Shown piece after piece: positions 44,075 through 60,994 of a stretch of 64,000 bases of DNA. Source of the DNA: the human T2T-CHM13v2.0 reference genome, Homo sapiens; the NCBI RefSeq assembly GCF_009914755.1, contig NC_060928.1; one strand, given 5' to 3'. The position numbers were made by a program, and so were the translations under genes. Below the pieces are notes generated by a model. That model searched no databases. It was given only the letters and a program-made list of their open reading frames with translations, and was not told the DNA's origin. Every line of letters starts with the position of its first letter. Positions within the stretch are counted from its first letter, which is position 1.

Positions 44075-44610
44075 TCATTATTATTTTTAGAGATGGAATC
44101 TTTCTCTCTTGGCCAGGCTGTAGTGCATTGTGCAGTCATGGCTTATGGCCACCTCAAACTCCTAGGCTCAAGTGATCCTTCCACCTCAGCCTCCCATGTA
44201 GCTGGGTGTATTAGTCTGTTCTCACACTGCTATAAAGATACTACCCAAGAGTGGATAATTTAAAAACAAAGTAGGTTTAATTGACTCACAGTTCCACATG
44301 GTTGGGGAGGACTCAGGAAACTTACAATTATGGTAGAAGAGAAGCAGGCACATCTTACATGGCAGCAGGCAAGAGAGACTGAGCAAGAGTGGGGAAAACT
44401 GCCTTATAAAACCATCAGATCTTGTGAGAACTCACTCACTATCACGAGAACAGCATGGGAGAAACCACCCCCATGATTCAATCACCTCCTACCTGGTCCC
44501 TCCCTCGACACATAGGGATTATGGGGATTACAATTTGAGGTGAGATTTGGGTGGGGACACAGAGCCAAACCGTATCACTGGAGCTACAGGTGTGAGCCGT
44601 CACATCCTGC
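44075..44610 (-). mobile_element. Alu monomer (FRAM/FLAM/AluJ half) split by a THE1/MST LTR
   Basis: ...ccacctcagcctcccatgtagctggg | LTR | ...ctacaggtgtgagcc. Confidence 0.75.
44207..44577 (-). mobile_element. THE1D/MSTA-like MaLR solo LTR
   Basis: tgtattagtctgttctcacactgct...gagccaaaccgtatca (TG..CA ends); 5-bp TSD ctggg / ctgga. Confidence 0.9.
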
Positions 44611-46620
44611 AAAAACAGTTAATATCTGACAGTTTCTGAGTCAGTAATGAGGACAACTTAGCTGGGTCCTCTCTTAGGATCTCATAAGGTGCTGTCAAGA
44701 TGTTGGCTGGGCTGTTTTCTCATCTGGAGGCTGGACTGGAGAAGGATCCATTTCCATCTCTCTAAGGTTATGGGAGATTGTTGTGTGTGTGGCTGTAGAA
44801 TTCATGTTAACTTGATTTTTTAAAGCCAGCAACGAAGAAAGAGAAAATCTAGAGCTAACCGATAGTGAGATGGAACTTTAGATAACATAATTCAATCACC
44901 GAAGTGACATCTCATCACATATGCCACGTTTTATTGGTTAGATGCAAATCATAGGTCCAGTCTTTACTCAATGGGAGGCTAATATAAAGGTAATGAAGAT
45001 GAGGAGGCAGAAATCCTAAGAATCATCATAAAATTTGTCTACCACACAATGGATCAAAGAAAAAGTCTACAGAAATCTAGAAAATATTTTGAACAGAATG
45101 AAAATGTAAATACAAAATTAAAAAACCTGTGGGATTCAACTAAAACAGTACTTGTATGTAAATTTACAGAATTAAATGCTTACATAAAATATTTAAAAGT
45201 TCTCAAATAAGTAATCTAAGTTTCCATCTGTGAAAACTAGAAAAAATAAGGACAAAATGCACCCAAAGCAAGAAAAAGAAAGGAAATTAAATAAGAGAGG
45301 AAATCAATACAAGTCAAAGTGAAGTGACAATAGAAAGAAAATCAGTGAATCCAAAAAATAACCTTTTGGAAAGCTTGCTAAAATTGATAACGCACTAGAA
45401 AGACTGACCAAAAAAAAAAAAAAAAAAAAAAAAGAGAGAGAGAAGACAAAAATAAGCAAAATCTTAAAAAATAAGTGATACTACTACAGAGAAACAGGCA
45501 TTCAAAAAGAGTATAATACTACACACATATATAAATAGATAAAATAGACCAGTTTCTTAATATGTGCAAACTACAAAACTCTACCCAAAATGAGTTCTAT
45601 ATTTACTAAATTTCCAAAATATGAATCTCTAGTACCTCATGGTTTCACAGGTGAATTATGTCAGATATTTAAAGAAAAATAACACCAGTGCTACAAAATC
45701 CTACATAATTGAAAAGTAGAGAACACTTTATAATTCATGACAGGAAGTGGGGGAGGAGAGATGGGAGAAGAGAGAGAAGGAGAGAGAGAGAGAGAGAAAT
45801 GAGGAGAGAGAGAGAGGAGAGCCAGACAGAAATACATCATCCAAAAATGGTATTTGTTTACATAATTTGAGACCGGTTTTAATATTAAAATTTCAATCAA
45901 TTTAACCCAAAAACCAATTTAAATATATTAATTGATAACAGAAAAAAAATTTGATGAAGTTCAACGTCAATTTAATATAAACTCTCAGCACATTCAAATA
46001 GAAGACAATGTCCTAAATCTGATACAGAGAAATCTACAAATAACCTAAAACTAACATTCTGTTGAAAGACAAAAAAACTGTATATTTTTGCTGTGATCAA
46101 AACAATCAAGGATGTCCACTCTTACCACTTCTATTTAACATTGTGCTAAAAGTGCAGTAAGTCATAAAAAAGAATGGATAGGCATACAGATTCAAAAGAA
46201 ATTTAATAATGTCTCTATTCATACAATAGAAGATTGTCTATGTAGATGATCCCAATAAATCTCCAAAAATCCCCACATAGACCTAATAAATGAGTTTGAC
46301 AAGGATGCAGAATACAGGTTCAAGTGACAAAATCAATGGTATTTTTATTTATCAGCAATGAACAATTTGAAACTAAATTTTAAAAAGCTACCACTAATAC
46401 TAGGTCAAAAATAAAATAGGCATGTAGCTATCAAAACATGCAGAATCTACATGATGAAAACTGCAAAATACTGATAAAAAAATAAAGACCGAAATAGGTG
46501 ATAAAAAGGCATCCTATGTTCACAGTTTGAAGGATTCAGCATAGTAAAGATGTTGATAATATCCTAACTGATCTACATATTTAATGCAATTACATTAAAA
46601 ACTCCAGTAAGATTTCTTTA

Positions 46621-46980
<360 letters not shown>

Positions 46981-48717
46981 CTAGTTTAAAAGCGGAATAG
47001 GAAAAATAACTTTACAAAAGAAGACTGAAGTTGGGGGAATCACTCTATCACATTTAAGAACTTCTGTGCAGCAGTAATCAATACAGTATGGATTTGGTAA
47101 AGACATAGATCAATGAAACAGGATTTGGAGTCTAGAAACAGATGTACATAAACGTGGCCCACTGATTTTTGTCAATGGTATAAAGGCAGTTAAGTGAATA
47201 GTTGATAGTATTTTCAACAAATATTTTAAAACAATTGGATATTTGTATGCCAAAAATATTTTACATTGAGTTCAAGCTAAGACTTAAAAAAATTAACTCA
47301 AAATGTATCATACATCTAAAAGTAAAACATTAAAACAACAAAATATTTAGAAGAAAACCTAGGAGGAAATCTTTGTAACCTGGACATAGGCAAATATTTC
47401 TGGGACATGACAATAAAAAGTTCATATGAGCAAAAATGTTGATAAATTAATCTTTATCAAAATTTAAAAACTTTGCTCTGCACAATGCCTTGTGAAAAGA
47501 GTAGAAAAATAAGCCACAGTCTGGGAGATATTTGCAAATCACATACCTGACAAAGTACTCATATGCAGAATATATAAAGAACTTTAAACACTTCACAATA
47601 GAGTATACTCTCAGAAAGATGGTGTGAGGAACTCCAAATATCTTCTCCCCCAAAACCGAAAAAGAAAAAATAATCAAAATTAACTATTGAAAGTCTCTGA
47701 AAATTAAACAAAGGCCATATAAGTTAACAAGTATTCATTAAGGGTAGTTAATCTCTGTAAGAGCAAGAAGATTCCATGTCTACCTCTCCCTTCCCCAGGT
47801 CCACAGTGTGAAAGTTCTGCCCTGTGTGGGTGGGGACATCTATGAGAACTACTAGCTCTGCTGCCGTATTGGAGGGGGCTGACTTTGTTTAGTGAAAAGA
47901 ATGGATAAACTCTTACCTAGGGTATTTGTTGAAAATAATAGAGATCTCATCTCAGTTGTTAAAACAATCAGTGGTTAAAACATAGCAGTGTTAGTTGGAG
48001 AAAGCAACAAATCTGCAGTCTAGTTATAAATTTAACAGGATGATTCAGGGGAAGAGACAGTCAAGTAAGGCTCTGTTTGAATCCCTGCTGATCTGCAAGG
48101 CTGATGCATGCACAGGGCTGTGCCACTTAGAAAAGACAGGAAAAAGTCTTAAGAGATACTAGACCCTGGATGAATGTGAGGCAGACTTGTAAACCTTCTG
48201 AATTTTATAAGCATTCCCATGACACAGATCCAATGGCAAATAGTAGAGTCTTACTAGTTCAAGTTATTTAATCACAACCGCTGACCAGTTATTGGCTGAT
48301 TGAACAACCACTAACTAAGCTGACTCAGAGATAAACCTTTAGAAACCAGTCTTAAAAATAAACACAAGAAAAAAACTGAGCAATGGTACCATAGACCACA
48401 AACTGTCAAACAAACACTCCATAAAATTAGTACACACAAGTCACTAAATAAATAAACAACAAACAAGAAATGATAACAGTAAACCCCAAGGTGGAGTGGA
48501 AAAAATAGAATTCATAGTTGTTACATTCAATTATATAAAATGTCTGATTTTTGATAGAAAATTATAACACATGAAAGAGGAAAACATAACCCATATGCAG
48601 AGATAAATGCAGTCATTAGAAATTATTTTTGAGAGGTCCTAGAAGTTGGACTTAGCAGAGAGAGATTTCAATGCAGCCACCATTAATACGTTTAGAGAAC
48701 TAAAGAAAAGCTTTTTA

Positions 48718-51347
<2,630 letters not shown>

Positions 51348-52909
51348 AAAGAAAAGCTTTTTAAAAATTAATAGTAAACCAATAATGCAATGATTCATCA
51401 AATACAGACTATCAAAGATATAGAAATTACAAAAAGAATTACTTGGAAATTCTGCAACTGAAAAGTATAACAACAACAACAACAACAACAATAAAACCTC
51501 TAAATATTTTTAAGTTAGCAGAAGAAAGCATCAAGGAATTTAAAGGTAGAACAATAGAGATTTTTCAATCTGAAAACAGGAAAAAAATTTAACAAGGAAA
51601 AATTAAAGACAAATGAACAAAGCCTAAGAGATTTGTGAGACTCTATTAAATATACAAGCATATGCATGATGGGAGTCCCAGAAGAAGAGGAAAAAGAAGG
51701 GAACAAAAATATTTTTAGAAAATAATGACTGAAAACTCCCTAAATTTGATGAAGCACATTAATCCACAAATATCAAAAGCTCAACAAACTGAAATTATGA
51801 TAAATGCAAAGATCTGCACCTAGGCACATCATAAGTGCAGTGGTGAAAGTGAAAGAAAAAGTAAACAACACAAAACAAAATATCCTTGCAGTTGACAAGA
51901 GAAAAATAATTAATTGCACACAAGAGAGCCATAATGAAATTAACAGATGGCTTTTCATTGAAAATAATGAAATCCAAAAGAAAAAGGCAATGGGATGGAA
52001 TATTAAAAGTGTAAAAGAGAAAATTGTCAACATGTCTTTCAAAAACAAGTTGAAATAAATTGCAAGACAAACGAGACAATGCGTTATGATTAAACCTGCC
52101 TTAAGTATATACTAAAGGATGTTCTTCAGGCAGAAAGAAAGCAACATCAAATGGTTCCTCAAATCCACATGAAGATATAAATTAAACTCCAAATACACAA
52201 GTATGTGGAATGTAAAACAACAGAAAAGCTTTGAATGTAAAACACACCATGCAAACATTAAATGAGAGTAAATGAGTAAAAATACAAGAAATGAAGTGGC
52301 AACATTAATATTAGACAAAATAGTCTTTAAGACAAAAAGTTACTAGAGACAAACTAGGAACTCATTAGAAAGAGATACAGACACAAACATATATGCATCT
52401 AACAAGAGACCTTCAATATACGTCAATATGCATGAAGCAAAAACAGAACAAAAGGGAAATAGACAATTCAATAAGAATAGTTATAGACGTCAATAAACCA
52501 CTTTTACTAATAGAAGAATTAGAAAATCAGCAAGAGTGTAAGAGATGTGAACACCATTCACCTATTAGCCCTGTAATTTATAGAATACTCAATCTAATAG
52601 CACCAAAATACATATTCTTGTCAAGGGAATATGGAATATTCTCCAGGATAGGCTTGTCTAGGCTATAAAATAAGTATCAACATTTTTAATAGACAAAGAT
52701 GTATTTATTCTGAAGAGAAACTACAAAAATAACAACTGTGTGAGGTAATGCATTTGTTGATTAACTATATTTAACCATTCTACAGGGTATATAGAATTAT
52801 GTTGCACATGATAGGTACATACAATTTTATAATGTCAACTAAAAAATTATGTCACACGCAATAGGTAGATACAATTTTATAATGTCAACTAAAAAATAAA
52901 TTTGAAAAT

Positions 52910-54070
52910 TTGACAGTATCAATTGCTGGTTAGAATTTGGAACAAGCGCAACTCTCACACATTGCTGTTATGAATACAAAATGGTAGTGCAGTTTCTTAT
53001 AAAGTTAAATATATGTTTTCTATACAACCCAACAATCTCACTCCTATTTTCTTGCCCTAGAGAAATGAAAACTTCTGTTCACACAAAAAACCCATACATG
53101 AACACTCATAGCAGTTCTATTCATTGCACAAAACTAGAAACAACCCAAATGTCCTTTGTAAACAAACTGTGGAGCAGCCATACAGTGGAATACCCTCAGG
53201 GATAGAAAGAAACAAACTCTTGATACACGGATTAACTTGGGTAATCTCAGAGATGTTGTGGTCAGTGAAAGTAGTAGCCAGTCTTAAAGGTTACATGTTG
53301 AATAATTATATTAATATGACATTTTCCCAAAAAGATCAGCCTGCAGTGGTAGCAGGTAGATCAGTTATTCCCAGGTTTTAGGTCAGGAAGAGGCTGTGAA
53401 TACAAATAAGAGCATAAAGGCTTTCCTTTGTGATGATGAAATTGTTCTGTGTCCTGGCTGTGGTGGTTGTTAAATGAACTATCCATGCATTAAAAATCTT
53501 AAATCTGTATGTTGGCAGCAGGCCCCCCAAAATCTGGCCATAAACTGGACCCCAAACTGGCCATAAACAAAATCTCTGCAGCACTGTAACATATTCATAA
53601 TGGCCCTAATGCCCAAGCTGGAAGGTTGTGGGTTTACGGGAATGAGGGCAAGGAACACCCGGCCTGCCCAGGGCGGAAAACTGCTTAAAGGCATTCTTAA
53701 GCCACAAACAATAGCATGAGCGATCTGTGCCTTAAGGACATGCTCCTGCTACAGTTAACTAGCCCAACCTATTCCTTTAATTTGGTCCATCCCTTCGTTT
53801 CCCATAAGGGACAGTTTTAATTAATTGAATATCTATAGAAACAATGCTAATGACTGGCTTGCTGTTAATAAATATGTGCGTAAATCTCTGTTTGGGGCTC
53901 TCAGCTCTGAAGGCTGTGAGACCCCTGATTTCCCACTTCACACCTCTATATTTCTGTGTGTGTGTGTCTTTAATTCCTCTAGGAACCTGGGTTAGGGTCT
54001 CCTGGACCGAGCTGGTCCCAGCATCTGTACATCAATCAAAATAAATTTTACTGTGTGTGAATGTAAAAAT
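52910..54070 (+). mobile_element. Ancient L1M 3' end fragment interrupted by MER9
   Basis: caatctcactccta...ccctagagaaatgaaaac...aaactagaaacaacccaaatgtcc. Confidence 0.65.
53510..54023 (+). mobile_element. MER9 solo LTR (HERV-K HML-3 / HERVK9)
   Basis: TG...CA, 514 bp, tandem ctggccataaac motifs, AATAAA near 53867, perfect 6-bp TSD tctgta (53504-53509 / 54024-54029) as expected for a betaretrovirus-like ERV. Confidence 0.9.
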
Positions 54071-55964
54071 GACATTATGTGATTGGAATACATGATTCAT
54101 TACCATGAAATCAAATTTGTGATTTCTTATATTAGACATTCTTGATTTTAAAATGTTTACGTAAAAAGGTTTACCATGTAAACACTAATCAGAAGAAAAG
54201 ATTTGCTATATAAATATCATAAAAATTAGACTTAAAGACATGTATTATTAAATATAAAGAAGGACATTTGATAATGATAAAAGGGATCAGTTCACAGGAA
54301 GACATAACAATCCTAGATTTTAATTAACATTGCTTCAAGTTGTACAGTGCAAACTTGACAGAATTAAGATGAGAAATAATCCACAGTCATAGTTGCACTA
54401 TAACATACCACTCTCAGTAGCCAATAAAACAGGAAGGCAAAACAACAATAATAATGAAACTTAGTTAAGATAAAGAAGATTTGAACAACATGATTAACCA
54501 ACTTTCTGTAATTAAGAGGAGCGTTTCATCACCATCACGTCAGATAATGGCAACAATTCTATTTATTTTGACATGTTATGTGTACATGTGTTGCTAAAAT
54601 GTTTTTCCTTAAACATTAACAAATCCAATCAGTGGAACCACATCCAGATAGCAAATAAATAGAAAATACTGTGTCATTAGATATTGTCTATTATATAACT
54701 CCAGTGACTCACAGGAATGAATACATATAGTAAACCTCAGTGTGAGTTCTGAGGGGCCAGGTTACTGCTAAGGGAGAGTCATTGCCCAGGCTTCTATGAG
54801 TAAATCACCAATGGAATAACATATTAATGAGAAAGCATGTGAATATTCAGGTTATTGTACAAAATGCAACAGTGGATTACTCTCATCCTGCTTTACAAAT
54901 AAGTTACATTTCCCTTCTCATTATTAAATGTATACTTTTGAAATACAGAAGAATATACATAAGAAAATACAAATTCTCCACAATACTGCCACTAAAGGAC
55001 AGAATTGCTAAATATCCTGGTTCATTTTTCATTTCCTTTCACAATTTTATTTTGCATATGCAAATATATATGCATACATTATATCATTATGGTTTTTATC
55101 TGTAATCTCTACAACTTGTTAATATTTTACTGTATGTCCTTTTGCATATCAATATCCTGAAAACATTATTTTATATCACTGATTAATGTATATTCTAAGA
55201 CATAGAAGTCTATTTTGAAACTGTATTGTTAAAAATTTGCAAACAATAAAATATTTCTTTGCATCTTTATTTTTTATGGGCAGACACACAGAGGTGAAGC
55301 TGCTGTGTCAAAAGGAATTAGTAATTTCAGTGTACTAATTGCCAAAATAATTTCTCAAATGGTTGTTCTGATTTCTATTTCCTCCAGCAGAAAATTAGAA
55401 TGCTCACTTCTCTGACTTTCTTCATCATTGCATTACCATAAAATATGATTGCCTATTTTTAGGTAAATGTGCATTTCTTTAATTATTGTAAAAATGTTTT
55501 GTCTATGTAACCATTTTATTTTTCTAAAATTGTCATCTTTTGCATATTTGTATTGATATTTTCATATTGATTCATAAGAACTAATTTTAAGGTAAAATAT
55601 TAATTCTGTCTTTCATTTAATCATAAATACTTAAAGGTTTGCTTTATCATCTAATTATGCTTAATATAATGCTTTAGTTATATAGTCTTATATAGTCAGA
55701 TTAATCAATGTTTTTCCCTGTATTCTGATACTCTTGTGTTTAGAGATTTTTTTCCCAGGTAAAATGAAGACCTTAATGATAATATTTTTGTTTTTTATGA
55801 TTTTATTGCTACAGTTTATTCTGTGAGATATTTATGTTAGTGCTCAGTGCAAAGTAGGATTCTAACTTTATTTCCAAATAATTAGCTAAATTCCAAATTT
55901 CGTATTTTGGGAAATTATACTTTTCTTATTGGTTTGTAGTACTTTCTTTGTAATTATCTCATAT

Positions 55965-56609
55965 TATAACCAAGTAGTTTAGGTTCAAAACACATTAAAA
56001 ATTTTTTTCTTTCTTTTTTCTCCTTTCCTCCTAGTCTCAAGACTTGAAGCAAATTTCAGAAGCCTTTTTTTCCCTCCTTAGTCTTAAAATATAGCTTGAA
56101 GTGTACTTTTTAAAACTCTACATCCCTCCCTTTCCCACCATACACTTCCTTACACTATGCACATTTATCTAACTGTATGCTTGTGAAGCTTACACCATGC
56201 ACACTTATCTATGTGCTTACTTGGGAGTTCCAGGGACTAATCTTGAGACACACCAAGCATGGAGACCCAGTTGCAAAATTCTGAAGATTACTTCATGGTA
56301 GTTAGTCAACAACCCAGCCATTGTTGAGACAATGCCAGCCTGAGTTCCAGGTGGACTGCAACTCAAGATAGCCACCGGAATAAGACACACAGACTTTGTA
56401 CCCAGCACAATTCCCACATGCTTCCCGTACCAAGTTCCGTTTTTTAGCCCCTCTCCCCAACCTAAAGTTTGAAATGGTTTCTTTAAGGCACTAACCTTGG
56501 CCATTTCCCTATGGCTGACTCTAGATTAAAGTCACTTTCCTTCTGCTGTGCTTCTTCCTTGTTTACCAGCTTTATACATAGCAAGCAGACAACCTTGCTT
56601 TTGATTATA
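55965..56609 (+). mobile_element. ERV1 (MER4-group, LTR36/LTR23-like) solo LTR
   Basis: Degenerate TG..CA ends (tataacc ... gattata), 4-bp atat flanks, attaaa poly(A) signal near 56525; family assignment uncertain. Confidence 0.55.
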
Positions 56610-57145
56610 ATATATGAAAGAAGTTCATGTGTAATGAACTTGGTATTAAAATGTTTATGTAAAAAGGTGTTTACCTTGTAAACACTAACCAGAATAAAAG
56701 ATTTGCTATATAAATATCATAAAAATTAGTCTTTAAGGCATGTATTATTAAATATAGAGAGAGACATTTGATAATGATGAAAGGGATCAATTCACAGGAA
56801 GACATAATCCTAGATTTGAACTTCTTACATATTTACATATAATTATTGATATCAACAATCAATTTGACTGCAGATTCTTGTTCATATTCCAAATGTTTTC
56901 ATTTATTGTAATGTTATAGTATTTTCCTATCTCATTGGACAATTTTCTTCATTATTATTTTTTATTAGTAGTAAATATTTCTTGGTTAATCTCAGTAGCT
57001 TATAATCAGAAAACTTTTAGACAATTAATAATTTAAGTTCCATCAAACTTCTACTATGGTTTTGTTGGAATTACAGTGAAACTAAAAATAACTGGTATAC
57101 TTTTACCGTTTAATCTTTTCAGTATGTGTTTTCTATTTTCTAGTA

Positions 57146-57627
57146 CGTTTGACTTTGGACAACATGAGTTTGAACTACACAGGTCCACTTATACGCGGAT
57201 TGTTTTCAGTAAAATTACACCAAGTGTGTCTGTCTCTCCTGTTTCTCCTTCCACCTCCTCCACTTCACCCTTTGCTATCCCTTAGACAGCAAGATCAACC
57301 CCTCTTTCTTCCTCCTCCTTCTCAGCCTACTCAACAAGATGATGAGAATAAAGACCTGTATGATGATCCACTTTCACTTAATGAATAGTATATTTTCTCT
57401 TCCTTATGATTTTCTTAATAATATGTTCTTTTCTCTAGCTTACTTTATCATAAGAATACAGTATATAATACATATAACATACAAAATATGTGTTGACTGT
57501 TTATATTATTAGTAAGGCTTCCAGTGAAGTAAATAGTAAAGTTTCGTGGGGTTCAAAATTATACACAATTATTTTTACTGTGCAGGGCTCAGTGCCCCTA
57601 AGTCCTGCATTGCTCAAGGGTCAACAG
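57146..57627 (+). mobile_element. Tigger2a/2b-like DNA transposon
   Basis: ...gacaacatgagtttgaactacacaggtccacttatacgcggatt ... gctcaagggtcaacag TIRs. Confidence 0.8.
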
Positions 57628-57639
57628 AATATAGATATG

Positions 57640-57646
57640 TCTCTCT

Positions 57647-57682
<36 letters not shown>
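57640..57682. repeat. (TC)n(TG)n microsatellite
   Basis: Directly visible. Confidence 0.95.
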
Positions 57683-57685
<3 letters not shown>

Positions 57686-58849
57686 GTTTACTTCATATAG
57701 TTCTCACATATTATATTTGCAGATAAATATTGTTTATTATGTTAAGAAATACTGTATATTGTAGTTCGCCAAGAATTCTATCAGGAATGGGAATTGAGTT
57801 ATCACAAATTATTTCAGAATCCACTTAGATGATCATATACTTATTTTTGAAATTATGTGTTAATAGTTTTCAGTATTTAGCCATCCACACTCCTTAGGTT
57901 ACCTTTTCTGTAGCTGTTTTCTTTCTCCCTTTTTTTCTTTTCTATTCTATTTAGAAACCTATATAATTGTATCTCTGACAAAGGTATTTTCAATAAGTTA
58001 CAATGTTTGGTAAATAGAATGATCTATATCAACGAGCTAAATAGTGTGGAAGTCTGAGAAAAGAGTATCTATTGATTACCAAACTTAGGCAATTAGGCTG
58101 TGATTTTTTTTTACATACAGGTAGTCTTTGCTTTGCAAAATGGTACTTGGAAATCAAAATGATCATATAAACTGAGACCATGCAAAGTGATCTAAATAAT
58201 CACTGGGAAAAATACAATTTTCCTGTAATCTTTAACATTTTTGATAAAAGATCAGAAACTCCCTTACTCTCAGTTATAAATACATAGAGAAATGAAAAAC
58301 AGAAAAACATTTTTGTAGAATATAATTTTAAAACATTAGAAACAATGAGAAATAAAACATTTTATTTCTTTGTAAAAAAAAAGTATCACAAATAGTTTGA
58401 ACAGAATTTGCCTTCTTCTTGCCATATAAGATTATGCAGAGCAAGCATCGTTTCTATGCTTTGACAAAGCATTCTCCTTTTTTCTAAATTTGAATTATCT
58501 TCCAACATTTTATCCTTTGCACTTTCAAAGTGGTGAACTATCTTGAAGAGTTTCTTTTTTATTTTTTTATGTGAAGATTTTTGCTGATGCCACTTTCCTC
58601 TATGATGGCTTCACCCTTTTGTCACTACCACTTTCTTCCTTTAGGTTGATAAGTTCACCTTTCATAATTCCCTCAGGCTGCGAATCTAGAATCTGAAGAG
58701 TAAAAGTATCAACATTCCCTCCATCAGTTATTCTTCCATAACTGCATTTACATTGGTTTCAAATTTTACTTCCAGCATTATCACTTCTCAATTCTTTTTA
58801 ATTTCTTCACTCTACTTTCATCTTTGCTGACCAGCCCCTCTTTCTTTAG

Positions 58850-59015
58850 CTATGATTATTATTATTATTGAGACAGGTTCTTGCTCTGTCACCCAGGCTG
58901 GTATGCAGTGGTGCAGCCATAGCTCACTGTAACCTTAAACTCCTAGTCTCAGTTGATCCTCCCATTTCTGCCTCCCAAAGCGCTGGGATTACAGGTGTGA
59001 GCCACTGTTCCAGGT
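58850..59015 (-). mobile_element. FLAM/FRAM Alu monomer
   Basis: gagacaggttcttgctctgtcacccaggctgg...cctcccaaagcgctgggattacaggtgtgagccact. Confidence 0.85.
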
Positions 59016-59297
59016 CTTGATTAGCCATTTTTAAAAATGGCATGTGAGTTTAACACTGGAAAGCACTTGGGCAATACAACTATGTGCTTTTCTGTTTGTG
59101 CATGAACTGAATGAACAGATCAGTAACCAATCAGTGACAGATTTTGAAAGAAGGAATGTGATTGCTCATTGATTATGATGTTAATCTGTTATTTGTAGAG
59201 TGGTTCATAGACTGAAAAGCTAGCAGCTAAGTTTATCCTTTATGCAAACACTCACAGTTAATGTGTGAGTTAATATGACGTGGTAACTGAAATGTGA

Positions 59298-59661
<364 letters not shown>

Positions 59662-60519
59662 GGCACTTGTGTTATTTAACTAAACATTGGTAACTCAAAT
59701 TTGTGTGCAGTGAGAAGTACATGTTTAGACTTGATAACTTTTAATGCAAATATGTATTTATTCTATCTTTAGTATAAGTATTCTATTTGTGAACTAAAAC
59801 TTTAAAGCTAGTATCTTTTTGTTTCCAGTGAGTCCTGTTTCACTCCTCCTCTTTAAAGGTTTCATCAGCACTTGCTCTGTGAATGGTGAACGGGGATTGC
59901 CAGTAACTTCTTATGTAGGAAAGATATTGCATTCTGTTATTTTAAAAGATAATATTGAATTATACTACTATTGTTTGATTCTGAAATACTACTGTCTTCA
60001 ATATGAAACTAGATTATGTAAACCTTTGTGGAAGATATATTTAACTTATAATTTTAACAAGTAAAACATTTTAAGCTAATGGAATCATAATTAGTAGTTA
60101 AAGAAATTTGAATGTATTTTACATCATGTAGTTAGCTATGGGAAAAAAAAACTTTTACATATTCATTTATTTTGAAGGTATAAAAGTCAATACACATGGT
60201 ACTATGACTTTTAAAAATTTACTTCATTTATACACCTGGGATTTGGATTAATAGTACTTATACAATATAAATACTCAATTTCATAAGTGCCTAGCATCTT
60301 TTGTTTGATTTCTTCAAAACTTTTATTTATGCTCATTTGAAAAGTCTCAAATCTTTTTCTCCATTGATGGTTCACCTTAATTTGAAGGTGATCATTATCC
60401 ATGAGATTATATAGAGTATTTATATGATTTTTAAAATTTAATATTAGCAACACAATTTATCAGAGGATATTTTCTTTTCTTTTTTTTCTTTTTTTGGTAA
60501 AATAAAGAACATTAAAAAC

Positions 60520-60905
60520 ACTTCTGGAACTGATGGACTTTATGTTAAGTGAAATAAGCCAGGCACAGAAAAGACAAATTTCACATGTTCTTACTCATAA
60601 GTGAGAACTAAAAATTTTTAATAATGAACTCATACAGTCAAATGATAGTTACTAGAAGATGAATAACATAACAGTGTGACTATAGTTAGCAATAATCTAT
60701 TGCATATTTTAAAATAAAATAAAAGAGTGGAATTGAGATGTTCCTAACACAAAGAAAATGACAAAGAAATTGAGTAATGAATACCCCAATTACCCTGATT
60801 TGATCATTGCACATTGTATGACTGTATAAAAACATCACATGTACCCCCCATAAATATGTATAATTATTAGGTACCCATAAAATTAAAAATTAAAAATAAA
60901 CAAAA
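60520..60905 (+). mobile_element. L1MA 3' end
   Basis: tatgttaagtgaaataagccaggcacagaaa...ttaccctgatttgatcatt...gtacccataaaattaaaaat. Confidence 0.8.
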
Positions 60906-60994
60906 ACACTTTTGCAACTTCTGTTTTTCTGTTCTAACACAATAAATACACTCTCACTTGTTATGTGTTCTCATAGTTACCATGCACTCTACTT

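Larger units (their letters stand above)
43945..45045 (-). mobile_element. MLT1 (MLT1F/G-like) solo LTR interrupted by an Alu monomer
   Basis: acttagtagcttaa...acttagctgggtcctct...ctcatctggaggct...ttattggttaga...ctaccaca. Confidence 0.7.
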
